Source: an uncultured Dehalococcoidia bacterium
GTDB lineage: Bacteria; Chloroflexota; Dehalococcoidia; Lucifugimonadales; UBA3495
DNA length: 18,901 bases
Assembly (NCBI GenBank): GCA_950072105.1
Contig: CATMOE010000066.1
Coordinates: forward strand, 1-18,901
Reading direction: 5' to 3'
Made by a program: the position numbers and the translations under genes. The notes under the pieces were generated by a model. It had not been told where the DNA came from. It saw nothing but the letters and a program-made list of their open reading frames with translations, and made no database searches. Every line of letters begins with the position of its first letter. Position 1 is the first letter of the stretch. This document shows positions 1-7,834 of the stretch, piece after piece.

Positions 1-177
1 CCTATTTTTCTTGCTGAATTGCGGGGTAGACGCGACCTACTCCACCTCCCGATACCCTACTTTTGTTACCTTCCGGCATTAGGGTTTCCGGAGTCGAGTC
101 GTGGGTGCGGAAATTGGCCGATGTGTACAGGCGGTTAGGGAGAGTCATACTCGTCCATAAAAGCGTAGATATTCGAT

Positions 178-1806
178 CTATAACTCCAGCTTTTTTTCTG
201 CCAATTCACGGAGTTTGAATTTCTGGACCTTGCCACTAGGAGTCATGGGGTATCCTTCCATGAAAAGCACATGACGCGGCAGCTTGAAGCTGGCTAATTT
301 ACCACGGCAATAATCTATAAGGCTGCCCTCCGAGATCTCTTGCCCATCTATAGCAACTATGCAGGCGCATGCTACTTCGCTCAGGCGGTCATCCGGAACT
401 CCGACGACCTGCGCTTCAGCCACTGCCGGGTGACCCATCAGCAACACTTCGACCTCAACCGGGTCCACGTTTTCCCCTCCGACCTTCAACAGTTCTTTGT
501 AGCGGCCCATGAAACGGACGAAACCATCATCTCGGATAACAGCGACGTCACCCGTGTGCAGCCACCCGTCTTGGTCGATTGCCTGGGTGGTCTCCTCAGG
601 CTTCTTATAATACCCCTGCATCATTGCATAGGTTCGGACACACAACTCACCCATCTCCATAGGCGGCAGGTCGGCACCGGACCCTGGGTCTACGACCTTG
701 AACTCGTAGCCGGGTAGGGGATACCCGGACCCTAAGCAACGGTCTTCTTCATCGGAGTCTAGGAAAGACAGGGACGCCCCTACTCCCACCTCAGTCATCC
801 CCCAACCCGTCACGGTTGTACACAACATCTCCTGAGTGCGGCGAGCCACCGATTCGCTGCTGGCCATTCCAGCAGCTAACAGACCTGTACGCAGACTGCT
901 TCGATCGGTGGATTGGCAATCTGGATGAGAGACTAGCCCGTGAAAATGGGTGTCGAAGCCATGCAAGACAGTGATTTTTTCGCGCTGAATAAGTTGCAAT
1001 GCTTCGCCGGGGTCGAATGCGTTCGTAAGCACAGTACGAGCGCCAGTCATGGCAGACATGAGTGGTCCCTCGTAAAGCCCGAAGGCATGGAACAGCGGAA
1101 GGTACATCAATATAACATCCCGTGGGGTCATGCCCATTCTGTTCGCTTCATCGTTCACGTTACGCAGAATATTGTGCGTGTGAACTACTCCCTTGGGGAA
1201 GCCCGTCGTGCCGGAGGTGTACATGATTAAAGCAGGGCTATCCGGGTCAACCATTTGTTGACGTTGCTCCAATTCACGAGGCGGAGTCGCCCCGGAGGAA
1301 GATAATATTTCCTCCCATCTGACGGTTCCACGATAATTCGTGTCACCCAATACCACTATTCTTCTTAACTCTGGGAAGGCCTCGGGGCACAGGCGATTGG
1401 GGTCCCCAGTTTCTACCTCAGGGCATAACTCCCGAACCATCCCCAGATAATCAACCGGACCTGAACGGTCCACAGTAATCAGAGTCTCGGAGTCTGATTG
1501 TCGAACCACGTATTCCAGGTCGTTGGTGCGAAAGCGTGTATTGATGGGCACTAGAACCGCACCGATCTTTGCCACAGCGAAAAGCGAATGGATCCACTCT
1601 GGTCTGTTGGGCATCCAAAGCGCTACTTTTTCGCCTGGATGTATTCCAAGCTGTATCAGACCGCTGGCAACGCGATCCACCTCATCCTTGAGCTGACCGA
1701 ATGTCCACCGGTTGCCTTCATAGCACAGGGCCTCTTTGGTCTCGAATCGCCGGGCGGCCACATCCACTAGTTCGCCTATAGGTGTTTTCTCAAACCAATC
1801 CGGCAT
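178..1806 (-). CDS. AMP-dependent acyl-CoA synthetase/ligase (ANL superfamily), 542 aa
   Basis: P-loop YTSGTTGFPKG, GWGMTE, GWLHTGD, GGENV and the C-terminal SGKVQK motif are present. GGGAG RBS lies upstream of the ATG. The substrate cannot be determined. Confidence 0.93.
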   Translation of the reverse strand: MPDWFEKTPIGELVDVAARRFETKEALCYEGNRWTFGQLKDEVDRVASGLIQLGIHPGEKVALWMPNRPEWIHSLFAVAKIGAVLVPINTRFRTNDLEYVVRQSDSETLITVDRSGPVDYLGMVRELCPEVETGDPNRLCPEAFPELRRIVVLGDTNYRGTVRWEEILSSSGATPPRELEQRQQMVDPDSPALIMYTSGTTGFPKGVVHTHNILRNVNDEANRMGMTPRDVILMYLPLFHAFGLYEGPLMSAMTGARTVLTNAFDPGEALQLIQREKITVLHGFDTHFHGLVSHPDCQSTDRSSLRTGLLAAGMASSESVARRTQEMLCTTVTGWGMTEVGVGASLSFLDSDEEDRCLGSGYPLPGYEFKVVDPGSGADLPPMEMGELCVRTYAMMQGYYKKPEETTQAIDQDGWLHTGDVAVIRDDGFVRFMGRYKELLKVGGENVDPVEVEVLLMGHPAVAEAQVVGVPDDRLSEVACACIVAIDGQEISEGSLIDYCRGKLASFKLPRHVLFMEGYPMTPSGKVQKFKLRELAEKKLEL

Positions 1807-1885
1807 TACCTAACTCCCTCTAACCGGCTCCTATGCAGAGATTGCTATGAACAGGTTCAATGTGGTTTGGACGCAAATCTGTGCG

Positions 1886-3427
1886 CTAAAGCCCCTGTTT
1901 GATAAATTCGGCGGCCCGCTCGGCAATCATCATTGTAGTGACGTTAGTGTTGGCCCGGACCACGTTGGGCATCACCGACGCGTCCACCACCCGTAGGCCT
2001 TCCACCCCGCGCACTTTCAGGCGTTGGTCGACGACGGCTTCCTGGTCGCTATCTGGGCCCATCTTGCAGGTTCCCGAGATATGGAAAGAAGAACTCACAT
2101 TTCGGAGCAGCCAGTCGTCCAATGTTTGGTCCGAAACTAGGTCGGTATCTTGCGGGGCGGTCCGTTCTTCGATGATCCCAGAATACGCCGTGTCTTGTAA
2201 AAGGTCGACGCATTTTCGAATTGCTTCCCTCAGTCGCTCGCGGTCCCAAGGGTCCTCAAGGTAATGGTAGTCCATGCTGGGCTGAGCCTGGGGGTCGGCC
2301 GAAGTTAGGCGAAGCTCACCCTTTCCAACTGCCAGGTACAGTCCGCAGTTGACTGTATGGCTTGGGTCGTCGCCTTCTTTGATGACGGTGTTCATAGACG
2401 CCGGAGAGAGAATCATATCATTGGGGGTATTGGAGCCGGTGGCAGTAAAACGTAGGCGCAGTGCCCTCATCCCATTTGGATCGTCATAGGTGCCCGTTTT
2501 TACCAAAAATTTTACGGTCACATTTGGGTGGTCTCGCATGTTCTGCCCAACACCGGGACGGTCGGCTACCACTGGAATGCCAAAATCCGCAAGGTGACCT
2601 GCCGGACCTATTCCCGATAGCAACAACAACTGTGGAGAGGCTACTGCACCGGCACACAAGATAATCTCGTCGCCTTCTACAGTGAAGCGTTCGCCGCCAC
2701 TCTCCACCTCTAAGCCGGTGGCTCGGTGGCCGGAAAAGACGATCTTTAGCGCCTGTACCCCGGCCTTTACGGTTAAATTGAGCCGGTGACGACTGGGGTC
2801 GAGGTAGGTTAACGCCATGCTCATTCGAACCCCATCAACGTTGTTTTCGGCTCGGAGACCGATGCCTGTCGAATCTGGCTCGTGTATATCTGGGAAGTCC
2901 GGGTATCCGGCAGCAATGCAGGCTTGGTAGAATGCCTCTTGGGAGGGCGGCCACGTCTCGCGGTGGTGACGCCGTACCGGCACAGGTCCCTCGGTGCCGT
3001 GGAAATCACCAGAATAATCTTCGTCGCTTTCGAGCTTTCGGAAAAACGGAAGGCAGTTGATATAAGACCAATCGTCGTTGCCCAAGGACGCCCACGTGTC
3101 GAAGTCCTCGGGAGCCCCCCTTATAAAGGTCTGGCCGTTTATCGAACTGGTGCCGCCCATGGCCTTGCCGCGCGGCACTGGCATTGGTTCGGGTCGTTGG
3201 GAGGTGGCCCTACCGGAGTACGACCAGTTGAATGGGCCGCCGGCTTTCCTCGCTTCCAGATTGAGCATCCCCCAGCCGTATTTCAACGAGTCTGGCAACT
3301 GTTCAAAATCCGGATATTCGGGTCCTGCTTCCAGCAACAGAACTGAACGCTCCGTGTCCTCCGACAATCTGGAGGCCACGATGCAGCCCGCTGTTCCACC
3401 ACCGACAACTATTTGGTCGTACTTCAT
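1886..3427 (-). CDS. GMC family FAD oxidoreductase (choline dehydrogenase/MftG-like), ~513 aa
   Basis: N-terminal YDQIVVGGGTAG Rossmann motif, RGKAMGGTSSING, VGQNMRDH, catalytic His (FHISGTCKMG), VVDASVMP and RANTN. Start moved to ATG 3427 (MKYDQ), which follows an AAGGA RBS. Confidence 0.92.
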   Translation of the reverse strand: MKYDQIVVGGGTAGCIVASRLSEDTERSVLLLEAGPEYPDFEQLPDSLKYGWGMLNLEARKAGGPFNWSYSGRATSQRPEPMPVPRGKAMGGTSSINGQTFIRGAPEDFDTWASLGNDDWSYINCLPFFRKLESDEDYSGDFHGTEGPVPVRRHHRETWPPSQEAFYQACIAAGYPDFPDIHEPDSTGIGLRAENNVDGVRMSMALTYLDPSRHRLNLTVKAGVQALKIVFSGHRATGLEVESGGERFTVEGDEIILCAGAVASPQLLLLSGIGPAGHLADFGIPVVADRPGVGQNMRDHPNVTVKFLVKTGTYDDPNGMRALRLRFTATGSNTPNDMILSPASMNTVIKEGDDPSHTVNCGLYLAVGKGELRLTSADPQAQPSMDYHYLEDPWDRERLREAIRKCVDLLQDTAYSGIIEERTAPQDTDLVSDQTLDDWLLRNVSSSFHISGTCKMGPDSDQEAVVDQRLKVRGVEGLRVVDASVMPNVVRANTNVTTMMIAERAAEFIKQGL

Positions 3428-3524
3428 GATTAAATTCCTTCGCAGGCATTGCTTCAAGTGGCTAACACTATATCAGGTACTAGAATCAAATAATGAAGTG
3501 ATCATTACCGCTGGTTCAACAGTT

Positions 3525-3614
3525 AGTGACTGTGAAATCTATGTGATGGAGGCCGATAGGCCCGGTCATATATGTGTCACGTCTACAACAGCGGGAAACT
3601 CTTTCCCGATCTGG
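3525..3614 (+). pseudogene. Degenerate fragment of a TolB/PD40 beta-propeller repeat gene
   Basis: Translates to SDCEIYVMEADRPGHICVTSTTAGNSFPIW, matching the PD40-type pattern EIYVMxADG...LT......P.W. Only one isolated repeat, with no credible start. Confidence 0.5.
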
Positions 3615-3844
3615 AGGAACTCACTGGTTGTCCCATCAGAGAACACCGCCCGGTGAGTACCTGAAATCGTGTAACCTCGAGAGAGTGAATTTCGGCGCGG
3701 CGGCGATAGTCGTTTAAAAGGGTGCAAAACAATGAATGTCATACTCTGAGCGTCCTCTCATAGCTGTCGTCTCGCTCCGTCACTCTTGGGTCCGGGGCGA
3801 TTGTGAACCGCGAAAGCTTGAAGGCGATTTTTCCGTGTTCTTGG

Positions 3845-4274
3845 TGTAAATCATCAGCACATTTGGGAGAGTGTGGGTGAAGATCGGGATGGACGGTTGG
3901 GGGATATTGTCCCGACTTCAGAATCGATATAGAGTTTCGATTCCGAAGGAGCCAACATGGTCAACGCAAACACCAACTTTGATCGGGCAGACGCCAACGC
4001 CAGACAGGTCATACGCCGCACCAAGCAGATCACCCGGCGTCGGATTAGCCCAGAAGAAAAGGTGCGAATCGTCATTGAGGAAATCCGTGGAGAGATCAAG
4101 GTCACTTCCCTCTGGAGACGGGAAGACATTGCTAGCAACGTCTATTACAAATGGCTCAAGGATTTCATGGAAGCTGGGAAAGGCCGGCTCGAAGGAGCCA
4201 CCCTCTAGGAGGCCGGCCGGGCCGAGGTCCGATCCCTGCAGCGGAAGAACGAACGGCTGAAGGAACTGGTGGGG
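3845..4274 (+). mobile_element. Truncated IS3-family element: putative left end plus orfA with an internal stop; orfB absent
   Basis: A TGT-starting candidate left end (TGTAAATCATCAGCACATTTGGGAGAGT, 3845) is followed by an RBS and an orfA-like HTH protein. No DDE orfB is seen. Confidence 0.7.
3957..4274 (+). pseudogene. IS3-family transposase OrfA (HTH + leucine zipper), interrupted by TAG at 4206-4208
   Basis: TRRRISPEEKVRIVIEEIRGE...YYKWLKDFMEAGKGRL. The same frame continues past the TAG as EAGRAEVRSLQRKNERLKELVG, a typical OrfA zipper. AAGGAG RBS. Confidence 0.82.
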
Positions 4275-4463
4275 GCCTGGAACGCGGCGACACTGGAGGA
4301 GCGCCACCAACTGCTAACCATGATGCTGGACGCCGTATATGTGGACATGACCCAGGGCCTGGTACTGGGACTTAAACCCAAGCCCGAGTTTCTACTGCTC
4401 TTCAACCTGGGTGAGCCCGTCACAACGGGAGACTCGGCTTTAGTTACTGGAGGGGTGGAGTAG
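4275..4463 (+). pseudogene. Probable C-terminal fragment of a large serine recombinase/integrase
   Basis: AWNAATLEERHQLLTMMLDAVYVD...LKPKPEF resembles the W..AT.EER..LL..V.VD C-terminal segment of large serine recombinases (recognised by eye). It ends at the att-like repeat 4457-4485. Confidence 0.5.
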
Positions 4464-4485
4464 AGTCAAATTCCCCAGCAACTAA
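4457..4485 (+). repeat. Imperfect direct repeat copy 1 (25/29 identical to 17937-17965), att-like
   Basis: GGAGTAGAGTCAAATTCCCCAGCAACTAA versus GGAGTAGAGTCCAACCGCCCAGCAACTAA. Confidence 0.7.
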
Positions 4486-4726
4486 ATTTTTCAGACAGGC
4501 TTAAAAACACGGCCAGCGTCGCTTGGTTGGTAAAAGCCGCCTGAATAAGCTGGAATAAATAAACCCTTCTCCCATATTGCTGAGAGAATGCTATGCGGAT
4601 TAGGCTTGCCTGTGGCATGGCAGGGGAATATTGAAACAACTACTCGGAATAGCAGTAATCATGGTTCGACAACGGAGACCTAGTATCTTATAGTCGCCCA
4701 ATCTAGAAAAAAATTGGGAGGACATC

Positions 4727-4981
4727 ATGGAATTTCACATCTCGTGCCATCACACTCCTGACAATTGTGCCGTCCACCGAAGTGAGCCGCCAATCACTAA
4801 AAGCTGGGCTGAACACTGCAAAGAAGTCGGTGTGACATTCATCAAAGGTGGTGTTAACGCACCTCAGCATAACCATTTCATATTTGTGGAAACAGACGAT
4901 ATGGTTAAATTACGGAATTTGATGCAACCATTTATAGGGTATTGGGATGTTGTAATAACCCCCGTCATGGATTTACCCTAA
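4727..4981 (+). CDS. Small His/Cys-rich hypothetical protein, 84 aa (possible DUF3303/GYD-like alpha-beta barrel)
   Basis: Strong RBS GGGAGG just upstream of the ATG and a downstream terminator. The pattern H..F.FVETDD...L..L....G...V.ITPV suggests a ferredoxin-like barrel. Confidence 0.75.
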   Translation: MEFHISCHHTPDNCAVHRSEPPITKSWAEHCKEVGVTFIKGGVNAPQHNHFIFVETDDMVKLRNLMQPFIGYWDVVITPVMDLP

Positions 4982-5046
4982 CCGTAATTCCGTTTCAAAA
5001 ATCTCTTGTGTAGTTTCTCGTGCACTTTTTGAAAACCCTGGAAAAG

Positions 5047-5080
5047 AAAGCCCCCCGATTTACCGTCGAGGGGCTTTTTC
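5047..5080. terminator. Intrinsic terminator, probably bidirectional
   Basis: AAAGCCCCCCGA-TTTACCG-TCGAGGGGCTTT forms an 11/12-bp stem, with a T-tract on the right and an A-rich tract on the left. Confidence 0.8.
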
Positions 5081-5094
5081 CTCACTAGATTTGG

Positions 5095-5156
5095 TGGTGC
5101 CGAAGGTCATAGTCGAACCGCCACGGTGTTGCCCCACCGGTTTTTGAGTTCGTCGC
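5095..5156 (-). pseudogene. Degenerate 3' portion of tRNA-Leu(CAA), probable integration-site remnant
   Basis: The minus strand reads ...CTCAAAA-ACCGG-TGGGGCAACACCGTG-GCGG-TTCGACT-ATGAC-CTTCGGC-ACCA: CAA anticodon loop, long variable arm, TTCGA loop and ACCA end. The T-stem is broken and the 5' half is missing. Confidence 0.7.
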
Positions 5157-5516
5157 TGTGCCTAGTCATAAGTGAGGTTGACATTATGCCCCAAAACCAA
5201 TGATGCCCTATTTGTTAGTCTTACCTTCCCGCAAGAATGGCTATGCGCCGCCTTGCGGACCGGACATCCCGCTTAACCCTTCTCTCAGCAATATGGGAGG
5301 AGGGTTTTGCTGCCCCGGTTATTGGGCTATTTAGAGGGTACCTAGTTGATAGATGTTACGGTTTTGACCTCCCCCCGAAAACCGGCCCAGGTGTAAAGTT
5401 AGACATGGGCTGGATGAGCCGAACCCATCCCAGAACTTATAGGACTAACATAAATGCTGGTACAAAGATCTGGGTAGGTCACTATTCACAAACTCACCCA
5501 CACACTTAAGTGAAAA

Positions 5517-6059
5517 TTAACGGTCTGTTAAGTGTTCTATCGCCTGGGGGGTTGCTATATGGGCTCGCTCCAATAACTGCTCATGGGTTAAGATGACGAT
5601 TGGATGATCGATAATCGCCAATCCGTAGTCCGGGTTACCCCTCATGCGGGACATGGCCCTCGCTTGACTAACGAAAGGTCTGGTAGTCAGGACTACCGAA
5701 GGCGTACCCAGTAACTCGGTCTCCATCGCGTCGTGCACACTGCACGCGGTGCAGGACCCTCATTCGGCTGTGGCATGAATCGCCACATCACATTTGGCGG
5801 CGAACTCTTTCAGCGCCTCGGAGTTGGCGGGCCACTGGTGGCTGCCCTTGTTGTATTCCACGGTGCCCTTGATGCCGTATCTCTCTCTTATGTTAGTGGC
5901 TATCATCTGCAACAACTCTTCGGAGTGAGGTTTGTTATTGGACAGCAAGCCCAAGGTCTTTCCATCTAATGTATGGGGGCGCGGAGCCAAGAGAGCCGGG
6001 CCGTGATCGCTCTCGTCTCTGGGATCCAAGGTTACTAACTTATTCTCAAGGTTCGTCAT
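5517..6059 (-). CDS. UGSC-family selenoprotein, 180 aa, Sec at residue 100 (TGA 5760-5762)
   Basis: The ORF-track fragments 5760..6059 and 5517..5738 are in the same frame and join as ...HATAE-TGA-GSCTACSVHDA..., giving the U-G-S-C motif. The family-like segments LDGKTLGLLSNNK, G.P.V...T..F and HP are on either side. Confidence 0.88.
5727..5759 (-). promoter_or_regulatory. Putative bacterial SECIS element
   Basis: After the UGA the sequence is GGGUCCUGCACCG-CGUGC-AGUGU-GCACG-ACGCG. A hairpin at +14..+28 has a G in the first two positions of the loop. Confidence 0.55.
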
Positions 6060-6066
6060 ATTCCGG

Positions 6067-7098
6067 TCAGCTCCTTACCTCGATCTTTCTAGTCACTGGA
6101 CGACTGTTGCCCCAGGAACCGATAACGTCGACATAGACGCCAGCCGCACCTCCTGCGGCAAACAAGGTGATCCGGCTGGGGTCGGCTACGCAACCGACGA
6201 GTTGGTCTTTGTCTGGGAACCTGTCTGGATGTTCCACTCGCCTCCAGGCGATCCATTCCCTTGCAGGTAGCCGCGCTTTTTCCCATAGGAACTCTTGTAC
6301 CTGCTGCTTGGACCAGCCCGCTTCATCCACGTATTGCATCACTTCCGGACTCAGGGCCACGAATACCTCAGAGACAGACGGACCTAGACCGATCATGGCA
6401 TGTGCTACGCCGGCAAGAAATGATTCAGGGTCTTTACCACCGAAGACGCTGACTTGGAGTGGCGAGTAGGCGGCAACAACTGTAACTGCGCTGGAGCTGC
6501 CATCGAACCCCTTATCTACTGCCAATGATGGCCAGTTGCCCGCATCAAGGTTCTCAGCGAAGCAGAAAGTGTACTTGCCCGGGTGGCCGAAGGTACTGTT
6601 ATCCATCTCCTGTGGGATCGAGCCATAGAAGTTCGTCTTGACCAGGTTGACCGCCCTTCCGATTGATGCGTTGGCATGATTGCTTGGCCCCATAAGTCCG
6701 GTAGAGGAGTTCATACCGATCTCTTGAGCGTAATCTCCACTCACCAACACCAACACGGTAACTCCGTTGGTGGAGGTGCTACTAGCATGCAAGTTAAAGA
6801 CCGGTTCACAACAAGCTGCTATCGCTGATGTGACCACCGGAAAATATTCAGGGCGACAACCGGCCATGACGGCGTTGATGGCGACTTTTTCAGCGGTAAT
6901 GTGTTTCTGGCGGATCGATTCAAAGCCGATTATTTGGTCTGGGGGTAACCCCGAAAACTCCAACATAGCTCTTACCCGGTCTTCGGTAGGCGGCATTATG
7001 GGTAAGCCGTCAGTCAGGTTGGCTCCCAAGTAATATTCTTGGACTTGTTCCCAGTCCGCGAATTGGTGCTGTAGTGAGGTCAGGTTTTGGGATGTCAT
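6067..7098 (-). CDS. Conserved hypothetical protein with TDGLP..PPT motif (usual partner of UGSC proteins), 343 aa
   Basis: Motifs TDGLPIMPPT, EKVAINAVMAGC.PEYFPVV, ANASIGRAVNL and GHPGKY..CFAEN. Start revised to ATG 7098 (AAAGGAG upstream). Only 7 nt separate it from the UGSC gene. Confidence 0.85.
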   Translation of the reverse strand: MTSQNLTSLQHQFADWEQVQEYYLGANLTDGLPIMPPTEDRVRAMLEFSGLPPDQIIGFESIRQKHITAEKVAINAVMAGCRPEYFPVVTSAIAACCEPVFNLHASSTSTNGVTVLVLVSGDYAQEIGMNSSTGLMGPSNHANASIGRAVNLVKTNFYGSIPQEMDNSTFGHPGKYTFCFAENLDAGNWPSLAVDKGFDGSSSAVTVVAAYSPLQVSVFGGKDPESFLAGVAHAMIGLGPSVSEVFVALSPEVMQYVDEAGWSKQQVQEFLWEKARLPAREWIAWRRVEHPDRFPDKDQLVGCVADPSRITLFAAGGAAGVYVDVIGSWGNSRPVTRKIEVRS

Positions 7099-7463
7099 CT
7101 CAGGATGGGCTCCTTTCGAGCTTTTGGATATACCCCACAGTTCGGATAGAAGGACCGGGTAAGTACCGAGTTTTAATGATGCTGATGGTGACATTCTACA
7201 CGACACCAGTTTGGCGCGATCTGTGATGGCCCATGCCCGCGCCCGTAACTTATCGGTTTGATTCAAAAGGGTCTAGGCTTAAGCCAACAGCTCTCGCAGC
7301 CCTGTAATCACGTCGAACCTCCGGAGCCCGAGTTTCGGCCTATCTAGGCGGCTCTTGCCAGCCAAGCGACGCTGTTTGTCTCGGTAAGGGGACGGTGGTA
7401 AAAAGTTAACTGATGGCGCGCTAGAGTAGGCTTAAGCACACGGTACCCAAGTTTTGTCCGTTT

Positions 7464-7553
7464 ACCCGCGTGGCCCGTGACTATTATCCGGCTTCGAAGG
7501 CCGTGCTTACGCAACCGGAATGGGGCGAAGAGAAGCGGAAACTTCTGGGTCAT
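7464..7553 (-). pseudogene. N-terminal stub of an Old Yellow Enzyme/NADH:flavin oxidoreductase gene
   Basis: AGGAGG RBS plus MTQKFPLLFAPFRLRKHGLRSRIIVTGHAG, matching the OYE-family start (..P.LF.P..L....L.NRI). Similarity is lost after ~30 aa and the frame stops at 7344. Confidence 0.65.
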
Positions 7554-7723
7554 GGCTGGGCCTCCTAATACCTTGATATTTAATAATGGTTGTCTCCGTC
7601 CTGTCACCAAAATTACCCCCGAACGTTTTCCACCCCAGGTCCGGGCCCACGTTTATGTTCCTGGAATATTTCCACTATGTTCCCAGGTTCTACGGGGACG
7701 ACTTCGGATTTTAGCCCCTCCGG

Positions 7724-7752
7724 TTGACGCTGCATCTAGCCTCAGATACACT
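7724..7752 (+). promoter_or_regulatory. Sigma70-type promoter of the mgs-glnT-sox operon
   Basis: TTGACG (7724-7729), a 17-nt spacer, then TACACT (7747-7752), 82 nt upstream of mgsA. Confidence 0.7.
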
Positions 7753-7834
7753 TGGTCTCATTCAGCAATGCCTGTGATGGCGGCGTTCATGGTTGCTGAA
7801 TATTGATCCACCGGGCGGTCGAGGATAGTAATTC

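Noticed and set aside
1886..3427. Assigning betA or mftG to the GMC enzyme
   Set aside because: Family motifs do not discriminate between these, and no bet or mft genes are in the window.
4206..4208. In-frame TAG as pyrrolysine (tempting next to methylamine genes)
   Set aside because: It lies in an IS OrfA remnant, not a methyltransferase, and no pyl genes are in the window. A nonsense mutation is the simpler explanation.
4567..4583. Possible right inverted repeat of the IS3 remnant (TTCTCCCATATTGCTGA)
   Set aside because: Only a partial, gapped match to the left end, and it lacks the terminal ACA. It could be chance.
5237..5509. 90-aa ORF with an MFS-like GYLVDR.YG segment
   Set aside because: No RBS, only a short motif, and the rest is not membrane-protein-like. 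At most a decayed fragment.
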